A stretch of DNA of 63,994 nucleotides, the filler included, from Basidioascus undulatus (lineage: Eukaryota), in the NCBI GenBank assembly GCA_000826855.1. It is 4 parts of 4 records of this genome, joined end to end, with 100 filler letters (N's around TTAATTAATTAA, not from the genome) between each part and the next. Parts side by side here need not be neighbours in the genome. Positions count along the whole stretch, not along the records: positions 32,349 to 48,360 come from JTLS01000609.1; positions 48,461 to 63,994 come from JTLS01000640.1; 2 more parts are not named here. One strand, written 5' to 3'. Positions 36,482-49,199 of this stretch are shown one piece after another (positions within the stretch are counted from its first letter, which is position 1; each line of letters opens with the position of its first letter). The notes below the pieces were generated by a model, which was not told where the DNA came from, did no database searches, and worked only from the letters and a program-made list of their open reading frames with translations. The position numbers and the translations under genes are program-made.

Positions 36482-37673
36482 CGTGGTGGCGTGGTGGCCA
36501 CGGATGATGAATGGTAGAGGGGAAACAGGCAAGTTCATGGCGTTTGGGGTACAGTACCTGTTCGGGGTGCGCGACGCTTTGTCAAAGAACATTCTTTGTT
36601 GTTGTACGGCTGGCCCGAGATATTGGCCCCTTCGAGCCGATTGCGGCGTTGTGCCACACCCGAAAGGTGCGCCCTCGAAACACCGCTGACAATTGAAAGC
36701 AAGAATCCCCATATGGTGGTTCTCAATTCTCTCTTCTCGGAGTTTTTATATGCTTGATTTAGGTAAATTTTGTGCAGGTTGACAAAGTAGCATCAGGGAG
36801 GATTTGACGACACCGGGCACGCCACACCTCCCGGAAACGGATAGCCCAAGAGGCAACGACGAAGCATGAAGCACACGACCGGGCTACGCCATACACAGTG
36901 ACGTATTTAGCACTACATATGTACATGTATATGCCAGTCGCTGGGCATAAAACCCCTCTCTTGCTGCTTGACTTGTCCTGCCCTCACACTGCCACTCGTC
37001 TCCCGCTCGACATCCCCTCCCCCGCTATTCTCTCTCCCCGGCTCCCCACCTTCGCCCTCCACCCAACATCCCTCTTTCATCGCACCAACTGCCCTTGCGG
37101 ACAATCTCTAACGGTTTCGATTGCCTGAAGCTGAGTCTACCTTCCTGTCTTCGCCTTTTTTCTCAGCGGTTCTCGGAGTCGGACCACCGATGCTTGCATA
37201 CTACTACGGCAGAGAATCCTTGCTTACGGGCCCTCGGTAGTACCGGCGGGCTTTTCGTTTCACCCAATGGACCGGGTAATCCAAGGGGTCCGGCCTAGAG
37301 CCCTTCGTATGAGATGCGAGCCTTGACGATATGCATCGTCAATGTGGTAGTCCAGCCGTCTTGAGACCTTCCGCTGACATTGTACACTCCTCAGGGAACG
37401 TCTTGCGTGCCCCCCGCCTCAACAGGTCGGCTCGTCATCAAGACGCAAGACCAACCATCGCGGCGCGTGCGAACAAGAGTGCAAGAGCTGGTACGCACGC
37501 GCTCAACTATCAGAGCGAGCACCAGTCAAGTGCGGGTCTGACTCGTAGTGGTCTGAGATATATATAAGGTGAAGTAGGGTCTGGATAGCTGACGTGTCAC
37601 TGGAGGAAGACTTGGGGTGGAAGGGTAGGGGGAGGATGGGCTGTGGGTGCCGGCGGGGCCGACATCCACATCC

Positions 37674-39190
37674 TCATTCGCGCTCCCCCGCACCGCTCGC
37701 TACCCACCCACAGAGATCTTCAGATCACATTTGAAAGCAAAGTTTGAGAAAGCTAAAGTAACTGACCAGCAGAAGTCGCTGCTCTTGTCGCTGCAGAGGC
37801 TCCGGCGCCAGTGGCAGTCGCTGCTGTCGCGGTAGCCCCGCTGGCGGCGACCGACGTCGAAGCTGTTGAAAGGGTGAAAGTCTCCATGGGTGTGTATGGT
37901 GGCAGCAGAACATCGCAGAACGTACAGTCGGTGCCGTGGCCGTGTTCTGGGCGACCGTCGTCTGCTGACCAACGGCGGTCTGCTGCTGAGCACCCGAAGT
38001 TGCCTGTTGAGCGACTGTCGTTGCCTGTCGTTGCCCAGCGACCGTCGTCTCCTGTTGTCCCACGGTCGTCGATTCTTGCTGCTGCCCCGCAACCGTCGTC
38101 TGTTGCCCAGCGATCGTCGACGCTTGTTGCCGCCCCGCGATCATTGCCTGTTGTTGCGAGCCTGCGGACATTCGGACAAGTCCAGATCCTGTCGTTTCTA
38201 GCGATCAATATCCTGGCTCTCACCTTGGCCTATCTGTACCCGCCCCCACAGCACTGTCAGCCACTTGGCGGTCTATCGTCTTCGGCAGAGTAATTGGGAG
38301 GGACTTACCGCCTCAGCGATCACCTGCTTGGACGAGAAGCCCGCCCATGGCCGAGTTGGCCGTCTTAACTGCTCGCGTCATCATTTTTAGAAGAGGTCCC
38401 TCTGAAAGAAAGGAAAGGTTCGTACTCGTCTGCTCCAGCTGAGAGTTCGGCACCTGCCCTCCCGATGCTCTAATCGTGAAGTCTAGGGAATGACACGCAC
38501 CGTGATAGAAGGCCGGCATCGAAGTGAGCGCCGTCCGGGCCTGGCTGGTCGCCCCTAGGGCCGAGACGAGCTGCGTCGGGTCGGCCTGGGCGCTGCCCAG
38601 CGCCGCCAGGTTGGGCTGCAGCTGCGTGAGCGCCTGGTCGGCCTGGTCGACCTGGTCGGCGAGGGGGAGCAGGCCGATGTTGCCGCTGCTCTGCGCTAGC
38701 GCCCGGACTGTAACGAGCCAACCAAGCAACTATTCGTCAGCACAGACAATACTTCGCCTAGGAAGACGTTTAAAGCACGCACTGTGTGGGACGGTAGTCG
38801 AGACGGTCGAAAGAAGCGTCTGCGAGTTGACAGCGGCTTGCCTGTAGCCACGCAACAGCCGAAGTTAAGCTTTTGTAAGCTCGCTGGGCAGAAGACCCCG
38901 GAAAGAGAGACCACACTGGACACAACAGCGCCCCGGCCAGCCTGTACAACGCCGCCCACCCCGCCTACGCCGCCCACACCCGTCCCAACACCACCCACAC
39001 CGGTCCCAACATCACCCACACCGGTCCCGACGCCGTCCACGCCAGTCCCGATACCCCCTGCCCCGACGCTGCCTGAAGCGGGAATGACGGCTCCCGGGAC
39101 GCTGGCTGGGCTGATGGGGTTGACTTGCGGGGCGGGGATGCTGATGGCGACCGAGAAGAGCGGGAGGAGGGAGAGATGAAGGAGCAGCAT
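37674..39190 (-). CDS. Putative secreted/cell-surface protein with Gly-rich and Gln/Thr-rich repeats (possibly frameshifted near 38320)
   Basis: Signal peptide MLLLHLSLLPLFSVAISIP; GTGVGGV repeats; helical middle region (LADQVDQADQALTQLQPNLAAL); QQ-TTVAG repeats; Ala/Thr-rich tail. The join between the two halves is unclear. Confidence 0.55.
37940..38165 (-). repeat. Degenerate coding repeat, (Q)QQ-x-TT(V/I)AG units
   Basis: AGRQQASTIAGQQTTVAGQQQESTTVGQQETTVAGQRQATTVAQQ; repeated cgaccgtcgtc/ctgttgc words on the + strand. Confidence 0.7.
38950..39065 (-). repeat. Coding 21-bp tandem repeat (GTGVGGV / GTGVDGV, about 4 copies)
   Basis: + strand shows repeated ccacaccggtcccaaca-like units. Confidence 0.8.
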
Positions 39191-39977
39191 GGTTGATTCG
39201 TTTAATTGGTATCTTTATTCCTGTTGGATTCAAGAGGGTTCAGCTTCAAGTCGTTCCTGCAGTGCGTGTCGTCGAAACGCACGATTAGGGAGTGTCGTCG
39301 ACAGAGCCTGCTGTCTGAGTGAGGGAAGAAGGGAAAGGGCCGTTCGAAGTAAAGACGCTTTGATAAGGCAGCTCGAAACAAAGAATTCATCAGAAGTAAG
39401 AAGTAAGACGAGCGAGGATGTGGAGCTGGGAGGTGCGCAGCGCAGCGCAGTCCGCCCTCGTTGCCAAGGAAGAGGGATCGTCGCCTCTCCTGCAGTACAG
39501 CAAAATACAGCCGCGTTGTGAGTCCGAATCCTTCCGTGCACTCCACGAGGAAAATTCAAAATACCTTTTAGGTAGATATCCGTTGGAAGTGAACTGAAGG
39601 AGGAGTCGAGTCAGCTCGGCGGTGCACATCGTGAGCGAAGAGCGTTGCTCGAAGTGGCTCGCTTCGAGTCACCTCGGTTAACAACCGCGAAACTGTCATA
39701 TGACGGACATATCGTGCTGAAGTAAAGGTTTAAGAAAATGTGGGAAGTCGGAACTTCAGTGCTCGGGACGTGAAGATCACGCGAAGCAACCAGCGAGAGC
39801 GACATCAACAAGGGTCACATCGGCAGGTGTCAAATCTAATCGCTCAAATCATTGAAAGTCATCAAGGGCATAGAAGCTACGCGAGAGTACTACTAGAGTC
39901 AAGTCTTGAAATCAAGAGTGTCCATAGAAGCAGCGCCCGCACCAGCGTCTATTCATCACCCGTCATTCCTCACCGCC

Positions 39978-42900
39978 TCACCCCTTGCCCCCGGCCCTCG
40001 TGTATTCCGGGATGCGGGTGACGTCGGGCGAGTCCTCGCCGTTCGCTAGCGCGTACTTCTCCGCGAGGACGCCCTCGTGCTTCCACGCCGACTGGCGCTC
40101 GTGCGCGATTGTCGCGACGCGCTCATTCGAGAGCGCGACGTGCCCGATCGCGCGCACTGCGATGTCGAAGCGCGAGGCTTGATTCAGGCGGAACATCATC
40201 CACCTGGGAAGGCAAGAAGTCAGCTACAGCCGGAAGTGCGGTGGGCAGAAGAGAGAGGGGGAGTGGAACGCACGGAGTCGTTGTGGTGCCCTCCTCGATG
40301 TAGCCGAGCACCTCGAAACGTTTACGGCCGATCGAGTGCGCGCGGCTGAAGAGGAGCGAGCTGTACCACCCAACGCATCGCATTCAGCGAACCGCTCAAC
40401 CTCGAACCATCGGAAAGCCCTTGACGTACCGAACCTGCAACGGGCTATCACAGAAACAAAATCATAAGTGTCTCAAAACACAAGCAAGGGGAAGCGGGGA
40501 AGCGAAGGACGCACTAGCCGTGGTAGTTGATAATCACCGGCTTGTCGGGCGTAAACAGCGAGTTGAACGCGTCCTCGTCGAGCGCGTGCGGGTGCTCGGC
40601 GTTGCCGGGAAGGATCATGAGGTCGTAAACGTTGACGACGCGGACGCGGACGCCCTCGTTGCGGAGCATTGCCGCCGCGGCGATCACCTCGAACGTTGTC
40701 TCGACGCCGATGCCGACCAGGACGACGTCGGGGCTCACACCTGGGAATATGATTGCAGAGAATTAGCGGGTGGGAAGAGGGAGGGAGGAGAGGGAGACAA
40801 ACCCTCGTCAGTCGAGTAGTCCTTCCAGATCGACGCGCCCGCGACGCAGTGAGAGTCGGCGGCCTCAACGGAGAGGAAGTTGGGGTTGGGCGCTGTTTCG
40901 GACCCCACCGCCACAATCAGCATCTCTTATTCCGATGCTCATCTCATCTCCACTTACCCTTCGAGCCGACGATCTGTCCCAAGATACCATCTTCAGCAAC
41001 TCGCACCTTCAGATACGGAAAAGAGCGAAAGCAGCTTACGAGATTGACGTAGTTCTTGCTCCGCAGCACGTGTGCCATGCACGAGATGGCGGTGTTTGCG
41101 TCTGCGGGGAAGTAAATGCGCGTGATCTTGGCGGGGAAGTTGAGGAGGATCGAGATGAGGCCCGGGTTCTGCGTGCGCCCAGTCAGTACGATTACTCGGT
41201 TAAAAGAATGGAAGGCAACGCACCTGGTGGCTGTACCCGTTGTGCTCCTGCCTCCACAGCGTGGACGTCTCGATGTAGTTGAGGGACGGGACATCGCCGC
41301 GCCCTGTATCCGAAAGCTACTATCAGCTTCCCGCGCACTCCCTGATCTTAGCGCAACAGACCCACAGCCAGTCTCAAGCGCCATCTTCAAGAACTTCACG
41401 TATTGCGCCCTGCCGCCCCCTCACTCGCATCAGCGCCTCGCTCCCCCTCTCCCTCAGACCCGAGCGAAACAGGACGCACATCATAGTCTCAATGATGCCC
41501 AAGAACGCCTCGTACGAAGGGAAGAGGCCGGTGCGGCCCGTGAGGGTGTAGCTGTGCATCCCATAGATCAGCTTCAAGAGCGAAGAGAAGGAGAAAGGGA
41601 GGAGGACGAGAACGCACCCCTGAAGGAAGCCCTGTAGCGTGTGCTCAGAGAGCATCTCGATCACGCGCCCGCCGCGGTGCGCCGTCTCCGGGTCGAACTG
41701 GAAGTTGCGGTGGGTGGTCCTGCAGCGCAAGGAGACGCATTAGCACACAGCCAGCTCTTCCAACCTCATACTGACGCGAGACGCACTTGAACACAGCGTC
41801 GAGCTTGTTCGAAGCAAGCTCTGCCGTCACACCAATCCAAAACTCAGCAAGGGCGGAAAACCGAAGGAGAAGAACGGAAATGGGAATGCGGAACACGCAC
41901 CGTCCGGGCTGAAGATCCTGAACGAGTGCGGGTTGCGCTTGACGACGTCCGCGAGGTATTCGCCCGTGGCCTTCATCGCTGAGATCTCGTCACCCTTCTT
42001 GACCGCAAACTCCTTCCAGTCGGCCAGGTCGAGGGCGACATGGTTCGAGTACGTCTCCTGCTCGCCATCCAATCTTCTTTATCAGCTTCTGTCTCTCCGG
42101 GGGCAATGAAACAAAGAAAGGTGGGGACCTTGAGCTGACCCAACCGCCTGTCCTCCCTAGGCGGGATGATGCGCAGTGCCTTGGCGTCGATAAACTCGTG
42201 CGGCTTGGGGCTCTCCGTTTCAGCGGGGGCGTTACTCGACTCGGCCGCGTCGCGCGCGATGAAGATCTCTTCGGGATGGTCTGGCTCCGGGGTCCCGTCA
42301 GCGTTTCTGCTCTCCTCTCCTCAAAAACATAACGCCAGGGGTAGGGAAGGGGAAAGGAAGGGGAAGAGGGGAAAGGAAGGGGGAGGGGAAGGGGAGGTGG
42401 GAAGGAGGGAGACGGGGACGCACAAGTCTTCAGCCACTTATCAAGCAGCCTAAACTCCTCGTCGTCCTTCTTCGCGCCCGGCAAAGGAACCTGGTGTGAG
42501 TGGAACGAGCCCTCGAGCGGCGTGCCGCGCAGGTGGCGCGGGCCGGTGTAGCCCTTGGGGGTGCGCAGAACACTATCGGTATGTGTCAATCAGTACCTTC
42601 GTGCCTGGCTAAGGAGGTAGGGGAAGCAGAGAGGGAAGGGAGAAGAGACAAGGGAGAAAAGACGAACATCATCGGCCACCGCGGCTTGTCGATCGGCTCA
42701 CTCTCCCGCGCGGCTTTCTGGATCTTGCTGTTCCCTCCAACCCCACATCAGTGAACCATCCTCTCTCTCGCTCGGAGAAGAAGCGGGAAGTGAAGGGGAC
42801 AGGAAGGGCGAGAATGGGGAAAGGGGAGGAGGGAGAGGGTGGAAGAAGACGACGCACCGGATCTCCCCATACGCCCACTCCAGCGACACAGCCAAGTCGG

Positions 42901-44641
42901 CGTTGATGCGCTCGTCCTTGGTCTTGTGCTCCTCAGGCGAGTTGGCGAGCTCGCCGTAGGACACGATGCGGACTTGGTAGCCGTAGCCGGAGTAGAGGGC
43001 CTGGGCAGTCACGTCGTCTGATTCAGCCTCGGAACCGTGCGGAATTCTGGGAGAAGGGAGAGAGGGAAGTGGAGGAAAGGAGGGCGGGAGGTGGGAGAGG
43101 GGGGGAGGAGGGAAACGCACAGCCAGCTCCAAATCATCCATCGTCCCCGGGATCGTGCGCTCTGCGATCTTGTACCCGTTCACATGGAGGATGGGCTGCC
43201 GGTCCCAACCGCGTAATGAGTCACCATGCTCCCCGCTCGGAAGGAGAAGGATGCGAGGGAAGGAAGAGAAAAGAGGAGACGGAATTAAGGCAGAGGTGGG
43301 ACAGGACGCACGATGACCGCGCCCGACTCCTTGGGGTCGATGTACTTGTGCGCGTGCCAGGCGGAAGCGGCTGGATCGGGGCAGGTTCACCCTCAGCCCC
43401 CAGCAGGAAGTGAGAAAGAGGGGGGAAAGAAGGAACGTACTCGGCCCCGTCTCCGACTCGCCGTCGCCAATGACGGCGACGACGATGAGATCCTTGTTGT
43501 CCATCGCGGCGCCATACTACTCCCTCCCTTATTTTCAGCATTTGGAACTTCCCAAAGAAGGCAAGGGAAGACGAGGAGAGGGGGGAGGAGAAGAGAAGAC
43601 GCACTGAAACAGCAAGCGCGTACCCGAGCTCGCCGCCCTCATGGATCGCGCCGGGGGTCTCGGCGTTGACCTGTTCCGTGCATCCTCACACCATCAGTAC
43701 CCTCCCTATAAAAAACAGAGAGCATGGAAAGGGGAGGGGGGAAGGACGCACATGCGACGGGAACCCGCCCGGCCAGGAGAAGGCCTTGACGAACGCTTCA
43801 AAGCCGGTCTCGTTGAGGGTGTATTGCTGCGGGGGCGGGGAGGGGTAAGCTTGATGGGTCGGGGATGGTAGGGAAGGGAAGGGGGAGAAGAAGGGGAGGA
43901 GCGTACGGGGTAGAAGCGCGTGATGGACCCCTCGAGGTAGAGAGCGGACAGAATAGCGGGGGCTGTTGACCCCCTCCAGTCAGTTCCAACCCCTCAGATA
44001 CCCATAGAAAACAACTCCGGGGAAGGCGCAGAAGGAGCGCCCAGCTCACCCCCATGTCCCGGCCCCGTCACAAAGGCGACCTTTTGGTCGACGCCCTCCT
44101 TCGCGAGGCGCGTCACAAGCGCGTTCGAGTGCGCGTACGCGAGCGTCAGGCCCGGGCAGGTCCCGAAGTGCCCGAGCAGGCGCGGCTTGATGTCCTCCTT
44201 CTTCAGGGGACGCTTGAGCAAAGCGTTGGACTTGAGGAAGATCTGGGCGACGGAGATGTAGTTCGCGCTGTGGGAGAGGGTGAGCTCGGTTGTAGAGCGG
44301 GAGAAAGCGAAGGAAAGGGACGGGGTAAAGGGATGGATGAGGATAAGAAGACGCACGCCCTCTGGAAAGCGATCAATCCCTCCAAATCATACTTATCCGC
44401 ATTGTCGAGCGCCGTCTGCGGGTCGAGCTGCACGAGCAGGTCGCGCGTGAAGTCGGGCAGGCTGGACGCCTTGGGCGGGGTCGTCCCCTCCTTATCGCCC
44501 TGCCGCACGTAGGGACTGCACCAAGCGAACGCAGTGTGAATCGTTAGCAAGTGAGGAAGCGGAGGTTGGAGGAGGGTGATGGGGAGGAGGAGGAAACGAT
44601 AACGCGGGGGAAATGACGTACTTCTCGCCAAGCGTAGGCAT
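39978..44641 (-). CDS. xfp: D-xylulose-5-phosphate/D-fructose-6-phosphate phosphoketolase (TPP-dependent), many introns
   Basis: KPRLLGHFGTCPGL, TGPGHG, FSWPGGFPSH, TPGAIHEGGELGY, IGDGESETGP, PILHVNGYKI, LEGSFHSHQVP, FRIFSPDE, IEMLSEHTLQG, GRTGLFPSYEAF, QNPGLI and VRVVNVYDLMIL motifs. Start MPTLGEN|PYV. Confidence 0.96.
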
Positions 44642-47600
44642 TCTTCTGCTCTGTTCTCGTTACTCTCGTTAAGGGTCGGGGGGTGGTCGAGGATGAGTGG
44701 GTGTGCGCGAATGTGGCTATGCGTGTGGATGCTGATCAAGATGAGATGAATTGCAGGGGAAGAGGGCCAGGGGCGGGTGGATCACATGCACGTTTATGCC
44801 TCAGCGGCATGGAGCGGGAGCATGTCATACATTGCCCGCACTGGCACTCAGCGGCCTCGAGACGCGTCTTCCACGTTCTTCGGGCACATCAATACACCCA
44901 GTCACTTCTACAGTTTGCTTACAGTCACCAGCACGTTCGCATATTCAGAGACAAGCATGTGAACAAAGGCTGGCAGGGCGCAGTGTCCCGTCCGCAAGTG
45001 AGCTTGGGAAGGAGTGAGAAGACGCAGGATGACCGACTGCTCGTTCCCACAGCGGGACATACTGGACAGGAAATTAAGCTCTCTGCCGGCCCGCGGGAGG
45101 ACCGGAATGGACGCTCGGCTTCGCGACAGCGTACCTGAAGGGGAGGTGGGGTTGATGTTGTGCAGACAGTGCAGGAGATGTGCTGTTTTGCAGGACCCTC
45201 TCCCACACTCTACCCACCTCTTATGTAAAAGCCAATCACTAACAAATCATGCAGTGCCAATCAACTGCTCCAATTAGGGGACGCGGCGAGCGGCTGCGGG
45301 ACAAGACCATGACAGATGGGACGACTGACAGGAATGATTGCGCAAATGCTGTCGGACTCCGAGGGCTTCTCCTGCTCATAAGCTCGGAGATTTCACGTCT
45401 CCGAGCACACAGTTAAATCGGTGCGGGACCCATGCGTATGCTCATGTCGAGCGCCGAGAAGAGCTCTCTCATTCAGGTGGCCCGTCGAAGTTGTTGTCGC
45501 GCGGGGGAGGCAGTATGTGCTCCTGCTCCTCAGCGCAGCTTTCCGCTGAGGCACTGGCCGCCTTGGATCCCCGTTGGGGGTGGGGGGGGGATCCAAAGAT
45601 CTACTTCTGTAAGCTCGATTCTCCGGGGTGAAAGTGCCCCAGGCCCGGCTGGATGCCGGATGGTGTGTCATGGGACAGGCAGCCAGGTTGGCCGCTGGAT
45701 ATTCAACTAGATATTGAGGGTATTGAACGGGAAACGCAGGACTCGGACTGATGAACCCGTATAAACCGGATTAGCGAGACTGACGGGACATGAAGTGACT
45801 TGAGTACAGCGCTGAACGAGACCGTGGAGCCCTCAGCTCGTGCGCCTTTCAAGGTGGAAGCATGTCTGTGCGTGTCTTCCCGTGTGCCTATTCACAGCTC
45901 AAATCTCTCATCGCACCCTTCCCCGCCTAGTTAGAAAGTGAGGCAATGAGATGCGACCGGGCAGGCGGTGCTACAGCCACCTACAGCAGGACGACTCTGG
46001 ATTCCATGCAGACTTTCTTCTGGAACACCAGCCCATGCAGGGGGAGTGGGGGAGGATCATGCGGGAAGTTGGATATAAAACTAGCTACTCTGTGCAGCGC
46101 TGCATGGTCATGGAGGTGAAAGAATGCACAGCCAACAGACTTGCAGCCGAGAATGAAGACCAACCGTGCTTGTGAGCGCACCAAGAGCCAGCAGTGCCCG
46201 CGCTGACCGGGAAGGCTTGAGCAGGCTTTAAGTATGGGAGACGGGTAAAATTCTCAGGGCTTTACGTTTGCGTCTAGAGCGTCGCATTTGTATAATCTTT
46301 GCTGCGTGGCGAGCCGGAGCTTACAACCAGTCGCCAACGGCAGGCCACCCTCTGGCAGCTTTGAGCAGCATAAGAGCTCTATGTTTAAGAGACCCTCAAG
46401 AGAGTCAAAGAAGCTCGTTTTGCCTTTGCTTTGATAAAGTTCTCAGAAGTTGCTCTCGGTCAGAGGCCCAGAACAAAGTCCGCAGGTCGCCGAGAATCAA
46501 TGGGGGACATCTTGTTAGAGCACAACACAGTATTGTAAAGAATAGCAGGAGCACTTTGGCCAATAATTTAATACTGAGCTTTGTAATACTGCTTTTGTCA
46601 TGTTTAACTGTTTGGGTGTTCGGAACGTCTCAAACGTGCCAGTGCGTGGTGCGCGGAGGAACGGCCGTCTGGGTTGTACCTGTCCAAATCAGACTATTTT
46701 TTGCTCTCCGGATTATTGAAGGGAATTGCAGATTTGAAGGTCGTGCCTCGACTGCACAAAGGCGCGCCGTCCTGAGCTGGTCATTTCCTGTGGTGCGCAG
46801 CGGCCTGTTGAAATAGAGGAGCTCTCAATCTCAGCTGAATGTAGTATTTTCAGTGATGAGGAACTTGAAATAGGACTCAAGAGAATGTTCTTATGGCTCC
46901 GCTATGGAACACAAGGAGCGTCTGCTCGGACCTCGCTGCGCCTCTCCGATGCCCCAAAGCCCCAAAGCGCAGGCTGTGTGAACCCACAGTACTGAGTACT
47001 CCAGCCCTTCTTCCGAGGATCCCCCTGCAAGTCTGGGCCACTTCTAAGCGACGTCTACAGAGATGTGAGAAGACACGCTCCTGGTGCACCAGTGACCAAG
47101 GCCCAGACGTCACTTTGAGCGTGGCGGCTGTGGAGGGTAATATCGAGCGTTAGTTCGGGCAAAACTTACTTGAGCATATTTATGGCTTTCTCTGGTGGTT
47201 GCTTGGCTGGATGAGTGTGGTTCAAAGTTAAGATGGTATGCAGTGATTGCCAGGACCTCAGTCGTGCAACGCGCATCAGCTTTGAAAAATCAATCTACTC
47301 GAGCTCTCCTCCCATCATCCCTCGACAGGTCTATGCTCCTCATATTCACCGGGCAGTGCTCTCTTCCCCAGGCCGACACGGGTATGGAATAGAGATTTCT
47401 TGCTGGATGCTCAATAACAGCGCGCTCGCCCATGAGGCCCTGGTTGCGCTGCGAATAGGAAGAGGATTGAAGGAAGATTCGATCTGATCCACCTTTTTTT
47501 CCAGAGCTAAGGCGCACAGCTTGTAGGAAGCTGTAGTGGTAGTCTGTCCCAATTCACGGTAGCAAGCCAGCCTGATCGAGGCGACACCACAATCCAAGCG

Positions 47601-48360
47601 TTGTTCGAGATCCGATAGGGCTATGTGAACGGAAATGATAGACAAATATGGTATGTCGGCTATAGGATTATCTGTCGCATACCAGCGGTATGCAGGGCGA
47701 AAGATAAACGGACTATGCTGTTTCTACGCAATCATACGCGATCACTCAAGGGATCCCGTAGAAGAAGCTGCATACGATACCATCACAATCCGAGTCAGCA
47801 GGTGTGTTTTCGGAAGCAATGATTGCTCTGACGCACGTTTCCCCCAGCTCGCTGAGCTCGGTGCCAGAAGCGTTGGTCCAAAGCCAGTTGTTGTGGTTGA
47901 GGCGGGTAGCTGGAGGAAAATATTGTCGGCGTATTGGTTGGGGAGCTTAGTGGTGCAGTGAACTACTCACCATTGGTCATGTCAACCGCTGTGAGCAAGG
48001 AGCGGCAGATTAGCAACTTTCAGGAGAAAGAGAAATGCCGTCTACATACTGCCAAAGTAACAGTGCTATGATTTGATGATTGGGCCAGTCAGCTGTCAGT
48101 CTAAGAAACACTTGTTCAGAAAAGGCCAGTCTGCACCTACACGCTCCACATAGCCGGTCGACTCCATCCAAGGTACGACCTGAACAGCCCGTGGTCGACG
48201 GTGAGCACAACGGGCTCTTTTGTGGACATTATGGAGCGAAGTGAGACCACATACATCCTCAACAAAAGCGAGCGAGATTGCGGAGCACTCAGCGATGGGT
48301 TGCGAAGGGGATGCAGAGAAGGATGCAAAACTTACCCGCTGGCTAGCGAAGATGGCGAAC

Positions 48361-48460
48361 NNNNNNNNNNNNNNNNNNNNNNNNNNNNNNNNNNNNNNNN
48401 NNNNTTAATTAATTAANNNNNNNNNNNNNNNNNNNNNNNNNNNNNNNNNNNNNNNNNNNN
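48361..48460. other. Artificial contig linker N44-TTAATTAATTAA-N44
   Basis: Same 100-nt linker. Confidence 0.99.
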
Positions 48461-49199
48461 CCTCCTCCGCCTCCTCCTCCGCGGCCGACCTCGAGGTCGT
48501 CCGCGGCGAGCCGAAGGCGGTCAACTACGCCGCGACGCGCATGGGCAGGGACGACGACGACCCTCTTCGGAGAGGGAGCACCGCGAGCAGCGTGGGCGGG
48601 AGCAGCCCGACTAGGAGCCGCGTAGGGGCGGCTATTGCTGGGACACCTTGTGGGTCATCTCCTTTCCCTTCCCCCTTCTCTCTCTCTCCCTCCTTCCCTC
48701 CTTCCTGTTTTCGGTTTGCAATGGCATGCTGATGCGTGAGAGAGGGCCGAACAGACCCCGCCCGTGGAGCAGGCTCAGATACGCCCAAAGTGAACGGCTA
48801 CGGCTTCGTCTCCCCCATGCCGTCCCCCAAGCCGAGCCAGCTCGGCCCGCAGGGCATGCGCCAGCTCATGACCTTCGGGTCGATCGAGGGCACGCCGCGG
48901 TTGGTGGGCGGGGAGGAGGAGATGGAGGAAGATCGTACGCACTACCTTCCACTTTGCCAATCCTTCCTTTTCTTTTCATTTTGCAGAAACTTACATAGTC
49001 GGATGGGACAGCCCGCGCCTTCCGCCTCCAGCCCCCACCCGCACGGGACGTCCTCGCTTACCGGCTCTCCTCGCGCGCCTCCCAATCGCTACGCCAAAAG
49101 GCCTCCCTCTTTGTCCCGCGCCCGTCCCCGCGCACCCCGCAGTCCTACTTCACCCCCACCCCCGCCTCGCTCGCGCCGGGCGGGGGCGTCGACGCATAA
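48461..49199 (+). CDS. ESS2: Splicing factor ESS2/DGCR14 (Es2, Bis1-like), 3' part
   Basis: PKAVNYAATR..AAIAGTP|..TPKVNGYGFVSPMPSP..LMTFGSIEGTP..FRLQPPPARDVLAYRLS, characteristic of the Es2 family. 5' part is missing at the contig start. Confidence 0.8.

Noticed and set aside
42300..44620. GA-rich low-complexity tracts as functional repeats
   Set aside because: They are the polypyrimidine tracts of minus-strand phosphoketolase introns.
44700..48360. Possible transposon relics or genes in the lower-GC gene-poor stretch
   Set aside because: No transposase, RT or integrase motifs, terminal repeats or coherent exon chain could be recognised by eye.
16077..48460. TTAATTAATTAA recurring at about 16-kb spacing as a biological periodic element
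   Set aside because: Always embedded in 44+44 N; it is a synthetic six-frame stop linker.
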